From IMG/VR virus record IMGVR_UViG_3300034068_000566, positions 31,290-95,289 of that record: a stretch of 64,000 nucleotides of DNA; one strand, 5' to 3'. Below, one piece after another: positions 59,000 through 64,000 of this stretch. How positions within the stretch are numbered: position 1 is the stretch's first letter; every line of letters begins with the position of its first letter. The notes beneath the pieces were generated by a model that did not search any database, had not been told where the DNA came from, and saw only the letters and a list, made by a program, of their open reading frames with translations. Both the position numbers and the translations under genes were made by a program. The DNA comes from a virus.

Positions 59000-59118
59000 A
59001 TAAAGCACAAAAAGTTTTTATTGGATTAGTTATAGCCTGCTCTGTTGGGTTAACCTATGCAGCAACAGTTGTTAAGGATATGCCAGATGCCTTTGATTGG
59101 GATGATGACGATGAGTGA
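58996..59118 (+). CDS. Small single-TM membrane protein (40 aa; not in ORF track)
   Basis: ATGA overlap; MNKAQKVFIGLVIACSVGLTYAA...DWDDDDE. Confidence 0.6.
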   Translation: MNKAQKVFIGLVIACSVGLTYAATVVKDMPDAFDWDDDDE

Positions 59119-59353
59119 AAATTTAAGCATTACGGTTGATCAAGTAAATCATCCACGACATTACACAACAGATCCTTCTGGCGTAGAGTGTATTGATATT
59201 ACCAGACATCGCAATTTTAATATTGGGAATGCTTTTAAATACCTTTGGCGAGCAGGACTTAAAGATGAATCTAAAACTATACAAGATCTAGAAAAAGCTA
59301 TTTTCTATATCAAAGATGAAATAAATAGATTAGAGGGTAAGTATGTCAACTGA
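59111..59353 (+). CDS. DUF3310 family protein
   Basis: VNHPRHY...ECIDI...GNAFKYLWRAGLK...DLEKA.FY. Confidence 0.85.
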   Translation: MSENLSITVDQVNHPRHYTTDPSGVECIDITRHRNFNIGNAFKYLWRAGLKDESKTIQDLEKAIFYIKDEINRLEGKYVN

Positions 59354-59876
59354 AGAAGATTTAGTCAAGCACTTAGATCAAGTTAATGATGTAGTTGAAG
59401 AATACCTAAAAGGTAATGACCCAACTAAAATTTCTAAGGATCTTGCAATTCCACGTACTCGTGTAGTACAACTTATTAATGAGTGGAAGGTTATGGCATC
59501 AGCTAACGATGCTATCCGTGCTCGTGCTAAAGAAGCACTAGCAGCAGCCGATGCTCACTACGGGAAGTTAATCTCAAAATCTTATGAGGTAATCGATGAA
59601 GCATCTATGACTAATAACCTTAGTGCTAAAACTGCTGGTATTAAGTTAGTTATGGACATTGAGTCTAAGCGTATTGATATGTTGCAAAAAGCTGGACTGC
59701 TTGAGAATAAAGAACTAGCAGAAGAAATGGTTGAGATTGAAAACAGGCAAATAGTTTTAATGTCAATTCTTAAAGACATTGCCTCAGAACATCCAGAGAT
59801 TCGTGATGAAATTATGAAGCGACTATCTTCTATTGCTAAAAAAGATGAAGTGATTACGGTAGTACACGATGGCTGA
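59343..59876 (+). CDS. Probable terminase small subunit
   Basis: N-terminal HTH plus helical body, overlapping the TerL start. Confidence 0.6.
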   Translation: MSTEEDLVKHLDQVNDVVEEYLKGNDPTKISKDLAIPRTRVVQLINEWKVMASANDAIRARAKEALAAADAHYGKLISKSYEVIDEASMTNNLSAKTAGIKLVMDIESKRIDMLQKAGLLENKELAEEMVEIENRQIVLMSILKDIASEHPEIRDEIMKRLSSIAKKDEVITVVHDG

Positions 59877-61644
59877 TTTTGGTGATTTCCTTGAGGCTTT
59901 AAAAAATAACAACTTTGCTGAGACACCAGTCAACGCAAAGACATTTGTTGAAGGTGAAGATTATTTAGGACAGCCTCCGTTATCTCAAACACAATATGAC
60001 ATTATTGAAGCAATGAGTCAAATCTATAGAAAAGAAGATTTGATTGATTTGATGGGCGAAGAAGAAGGCGCAAGATATTATAAAAAATATACTAAGAATG
60101 AAATTATTCTGCAACTTGGCAAGGGATCTGGTAAAGACTTTACCTCAACAGTAGCATGTGCATACATTGTATATAAACTATTATGTTTAAAAGAACCAGC
60201 AAGATACTTTGGCAAACCTTCTGGAGATGCTATTGATATTATTAACGTTGCCATTAACGCTCAACAAGCTAAGAACGTTTTCTTTAAAGGTTTTAAAACA
60301 AAGATTGAAAAGTCCCCTTGGTTTCAAGGAAAGTATAATCCAAAAGCCGAAAGCATTGAATTTGATCATGCGATAACTGTTTATTCTGGTCACTCAGAAA
60401 GAGAGTCACACGAAGGTTTAAACCTTATCCTTGCTGTCCTTGATGAGATCTCTGGCTTTGCTAATGATGTAGGTACTGGAAACGATCAAGGAAAGACTGC
60501 AGATAACATCTACAAGGCTTTCCGTGCCTCTGTAGACTCTCGTTTCCCTGATCTTGGTAAAGTTGCTTTGCTATCGTTCCCCCGCTATCCAGGAGACTTT
60601 ATCTCACAAAGATATGATGCTGTAATTTTAGAAAAAGAAGCACTACACAAGACTCATAAGTTTATTATTAACGATGAACTTCCAGAAGATATGGTTGGTA
60701 ACTCTTTAGAAATTGAGTGGGATGAAGATCAAATCATTTCATATAAATATCCAGGAGTCTTTGCATTAAAGAGACCTACATGGGAAGTAAATCCCACTCG
60801 TAAAATTGATGATTTTAAGATTGCTTTTATGACAGACCTTGGCGATGCTATGCAGCGCTTTGCATGTGTTCCAACATATTCTAGTGATTCATTTTTTAAG
60901 CAGGTAGAAAAAGTTAGATCCTGCATGACAATCAGAAACCCTATTGATTCATATAAAAGATTTGATGAAACATTTAAACCAGATCCAACTAAGAAGTATT
61001 ATGTACATGCTGACTTAGCCCAAAAGCATGACAAATGTGCTGTTGCTATTGCTCATGTTGATAAGTGGGTAAATATTCAGGTAATTAAAGATTACCAACA
61101 GGTAGCACCAATAGTTGTAGTAGATGCTGTAGTGTATTGGGAACCAAAGGTTGAAGGCCCAGTTAACTTATCTGAAGTAAAATTATGGATTCAGAATTTA
61201 AGAAGACAAGGTTTTGATATAGGAATGGTTTCTTTTGACCGTTGGCAATCGTTTGATATTCAGAACGAATTAAAACAGGTTGGTATAAGAACTGAGACTG
61301 TTTCTGTTGCTAAGAAGCATTATGAGGATATGGCTATGCTGATCTATGAGGAAAGGCTTGCTATGCCAGCAATAGAACTTTTGTTTGAAGAGCTAACTGA
61401 GCTAAAAATTATGAAAAATAACAGAGTTGACCACCCACGAAAATCTTCCAAGGACTTGGCAGATGCTGTTTGTGGAGCAATCTTTGGGGCTATCTCTCAT
61501 ACTCCAAAGGATTTAGATCAAGAAATAGAGATACATACGTTCAGGGATAGACCAAAAGTTGACAACCCCTTTGCCAATGTGATAGAATATAAACCTATGC
61601 CAAATGATGTAAAAGATTATTTGGATAGATTCAACTTACTATAG
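59869..61644 (+). CDS. terL: Terminase large subunit
   Basis: GKGSGKD Walker A, VLDE Walker B, LLSFP, HADLA..HD, FDRWQS, VDHP...SKDLADA. Confidence 0.92.
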   Translation: MADFGDFLEALKNNNFAETPVNAKTFVEGEDYLGQPPLSQTQYDIIEAMSQIYRKEDLIDLMGEEEGARYYKKYTKNEIILQLGKGSGKDFTSTVACAYIVYKLLCLKEPARYFGKPSGDAIDIINVAINAQQAKNVFFKGFKTKIEKSPWFQGKYNPKAESIEFDHAITVYSGHSERESHEGLNLILAVLDEISGFANDVGTGNDQGKTADNIYKAFRASVDSRFPDLGKVALLSFPRYPGDFISQRYDAVILEKEALHKTHKFIINDELPEDMVGNSLEIEWDEDQIISYKYPGVFALKRPTWEVNPTRKIDDFKIAFMTDLGDAMQRFACVPTYSSDSFFKQVEKVRSCMTIRNPIDSYKRFDETFKPDPTKKYYVHADLAQKHDKCAVAIAHVDKWVNIQVIKDYQQVAPIVVVDAVVYWEPKVEGPVNLSEVKLWIQNLRRQGFDIGMVSFDRWQSFDIQNELKQVGIRTETVSVAKKHYEDMAMLIYEERLAMPAIELLFEELTELKIMKNNRVDHPRKSSKDLADAVCGAIFGAISHTPKDLDQEIEIHTFRDRPKVDNPFANVIEYKPMPNDVKDYLDRFNLL

Positions 61645-61656
61645 AAAAGGAATACA

Positions 61657-63036
61657 ATGAATTCATTTAAGAAAATCTCAATTGCTACCGCTGCAGCCCT
61701 AGCAATCGTTGGACTTTCTGTCGCACCTTCTTCGGCAGCACCATTAGCCGTTACGGTTGCAGCAGCAACTAACGCAACGACTTCAGCAGCACCAGCAACA
61801 GTAGCAGTTCCATCAAGTAATGTTATTACTTCTGGAAACACTATTGCTCTTGCAGCAACAGCAGATACAGGTACAAATGTTACCTTTACTGCTTCATCAA
61901 CTGTAAAGTTGGTATCAGCACTTAACACAACAGATGCACCAAAGACAATTGCATCAGGTGTTTCAACACTTACAATTGCTTCTGCTGGATCAGCAGTAAC
62001 AGCTTATGCTTATACAACTACAACAGCAGTTGGTTCTGTGACCATTACAAATGGCTCATACTCAACAATTGTTTACATCTCTGGTATTGCTGGAGCAGCA
62101 TATAACCTAGGACTATCAGTTCCTTCTGCAACAGCAGTTGGCACAGTTCCTACAATTGCTCTTACAACAACAGATGTATTTGGAAACTCAGTTTCAGATA
62201 CAGCAACAGTAACTTTAATTGGCTCAACATTTGCTGATGGTTCTGTTACTAAGTCACTAACTACAGCAACAGCAACAAACACTTCAACTGGAGCAGTTCT
62301 TGGAACTGTAACAGCAGCACTAGCAACAGGAGTTGCTGGAGAAGTTACTGTAGTTGCTACAGGTCTTTCAACAGTAACAGCCGTAACTGGTCTTGCTGCT
62401 CCAGTAAAGTCTGTAATCACTAAGTTCACAATTTCTGATCTTTCAGGAATCATTGCAGCACTTAAGTCAGATCTTGCAGTTGCTAACGCAACCAATGCAT
62501 CTCATGTTGCAGACAAGACATCACTTACAGCAGCACTAGCAGCATCTAACAAGGCAAGAGATGATTTCTCAACAGCCCTTGCAACTGCAAATACTCAGAT
62601 TGCTAAGGCAAGTGCAGATCTTGCAGCAGCTAAGAAGGCTCTTGATGATCTAAAGACATCTTCAGATAAGGCACTTGCTGACTTGAAGACATCTTCAGAC
62701 AAGGCTCTTGCAGATGTTCAGGCATCACATGCAAAGGCTCTAGCAGATGCAAAGACTGCTTCAGATAAGGCTCTAGCAGATGCAAAGACTGCTTCAGATA
62801 AGGCTCTAGCAGATGCGATGGCATCATCTAAGGTTGCTTCAGATAAGGCACTTGCAGATGCTAAAGCAACTTCTGATTTAGCTATTGCTTTTTCAAAGTC
62901 AGCAGCGGATGCAAGCGCAGCATCAGTCAAGGCAGCAAATGACCTTGCAGCAGCAAAGGCAAAGGCCGACTATAACAAGTTGGCTGCAAAGTGGAACAAG
63001 GCTAATCCAAAGGCTAAGGTTGCACTAAAGAAGTAA
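61657..63036 (+). CDS. Exported Ala/Thr-rich surface protein with C-terminal coiled-coil repeats
   Basis: Signal peptide MNSFKKISIATAAALAIVGLSVAPSSA; Ig-like T/A-rich body; SDKALADAKTA repeats; AAGGA RBS. Confidence 0.8.
   Translation: MNSFKKISIATAAALAIVGLSVAPSSAAPLAVTVAAATNATTSAAPATVAVPSSNVITSGNTIALAATADTGTNVTFTASSTVKLVSALNTTDAPKTIASGVSTLTIASAGSAVTAYAYTTTTAVGSVTITNGSYSTIVYISGIAGAAYNLGLSVPSATAVGTVPTIALTTTDVFGNSVSDTATVTLIGSTFADGSVTKSLTTATATNTSTGAVLGTVTAALATGVAGEVTVVATGLSTVTAVTGLAAPVKSVITKFTISDLSGIIAALKSDLAVANATNASHVADKTSLTAALAASNKARDDFSTALATANTQIAKASADLAAAKKALDDLKTSSDKALADLKTSSDKALADVQASHAKALADAKTASDKALADAKTASDKALADAMASSKVASDKALADAKATSDLAIAFSKSAADASAASVKAANDLAAAKAKADYNKLAAKWNKANPKAKVALKK
62630..62880 (+). 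repeat. 33-nt / 11-aa coding repeat (SDKALADAKTA)
   Basis: About 7 units, including near-identical AAGGCTCTAGCAGATGCAAAGACTGCTTCAGAT copies. Confidence 0.85.
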
Positions 63037-63052
63037 TTTAACTTCACAAGTT

Positions 63053-63087
63053 AGGGGGTTGGCCAAGTGCCAGCCCTCTTTCTTTTT
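63053..63087 (+). terminator. Rho-independent terminator
   Basis: AGGGGGTTGGC-caagt-GCCAGCCCTCT followed by TTCTTTTT. Confidence 0.85.
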
Positions 63088-63144
63088 GTAATAAAATGAT
63101 ATAATAACCCTATTACACATTGTGTAAATAAGGGGGAACTGGAG

Positions 63145-64000
63145 ATTAAAAAATTATTACGTGTATTTTTAGTGTTATCACTAGCTTTATTTCCCCTAAT
63201 TGTAGGTATTGATAAAGCCCATGCTGCAGAAGGTTTAACCGCTCAAGTCTACAATGTACAAGGTCAAAATGCTGCTCCATATATACCACAAGGCGCTTCT
63301 CCTATACTTACTACTAATGTACCCAACATTGACTTCCAATGGGGTAGCGGTAGCGTCTTAGGTGGGCCTTCAGAGGATGTTATAGTACGGTTTACTGGTT
63401 CAGTTAGAAGCGATTCTACTCAAAACATATCATTTTTAGCAACAGCAGACGATGGTACAAGGCTATATATTGATGGAGTCTTAGTGGCAGATGACTGGGT
63501 AGACAAAGGTGGCGGAGGAACTACAACTGCCCCAATAGCCTTTACAGCAGGAGTACCTAAAACCATAGAATTAATGTACTATGAAAATGGCGGGGGGGCA
63601 AATGTATTCCTTTATTGGGATCAATCTGGATCTATGGGTATCATCCCATCATCAGCCTTTACTTCACAAGCAGCCCCAGTAGTTAAAACAATAGGGCCAC
63701 CAAGAAATTTAACGGTAGTAGATGGGGCAACAACAACAGTTTTAGATTGGGATGCTCCAGATACTGGTAACACTCAGCCAGAAAGATATGCTATAAGTTT
63801 TAATTGTTCTGGGTGTAACGGATGGGGAATTGCAACTGGAAATGTTGGTGGCGCTAATTCTTTAAACACAACAGTAACAATTGATCACTCACTACTTGAA
63901 AGTTTAATGCCAAGCGGAACTGTTTGGTCATTTCATATTAGATCAGATAATGATACATTAGCCCTATACTCTGTAAACTCAAATGTTGTTACACTTAAAA
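63145..64000 (+). CDS. Exported PA14-domain + FN3 protein (partial; probable non-AUG start)
   Basis: Signal peptide (I/M)KKLLRVFLVLSLALFPLIVGIDKAHA; PA14 motifs IDFQWGSG, VRFTG, ADDGTRLYIDG, YYENGGGA; FN3 PPRNL...WDAP; open to window end. Confidence 0.8.
   Translation, partial: MKKLLRVFLVLSLALFPLIVGIDKAHAAEGLTAQVYNVQGQNAAPYIPQGASPILTTNVPNIDFQWGSGSVLGGPSEDVIVRFTGSVRSDSTQNISFLATADDGTRLYIDGVLVADDWVDKGGGGTTTAPIAFTAGVPKTIELMYYENGGGANVFLYWDQSGSMGIIPSSAFTSQAAPVVKTIGPPRNLTVVDGATTTVLDWDAPDTGNTQPERYAISFNCSGCNGWGIATGNVGGANSLNTTVTIDHSLLESLMPSGTVWSFHIRSDNDTLALYSVNSNVVTLK

Noticed and set aside
1-64000. tRNAs, introns/inteins, integrase, stop-codon recoding
   Set aside because: Intergenic gaps are short with no cloverleaf seen; DnaE, DnaB, TerL and RNR show no insertions; the standard code gives near-complete coding coverage. 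A tRNA/ncRNA scan was not run.

Overview
A 64-kb stretch of a large, AT-rich tailed (siphovirus-type) phage genome. All credible genes are on the + strand and use the standard code. The host is probably a freshwater actinobacterium (inferred from leaderless TGnTATAMT promoters, a DnaE polymerase, an actinophage-type class II RNR and a host-like surface protein). Gene order: tail-fibre genes; a FN3 protein with a 100-residue Pro/Phe repeat followed by a 7-kb cluster of seven prolyl-4-hydroxylase-like 2OG-Fe(II) oxygenases, two DUF6065-like proteins and an SDR; class II RNR; head and tail morphogenesis, including a 3654-aa tape measure protein with embedded enzyme-like cargo; replication and recombination genes (DnaB, DnaG, SSB, DnaE, RecA, Cas4-like nuclease, resolvases); terminase; and two exported proteins. 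The best candidate for an undescribed system is the (PPFF)n protein with its adjacent hydroxylase battery, a putative phage-encoded post-translational modification pathway. Other notable items: a kinase-like cargo domain in the tape measure, tail chaperones G and GT apparently made by gene duplication rather than frameshifting, probable overprinted membrane-protein ORFs inside dnaE, a nested scaffold start in the protease gene, and an apparent ~15-aa deletion in the RNR. All family assignments come from motif recognition; no searches were run.
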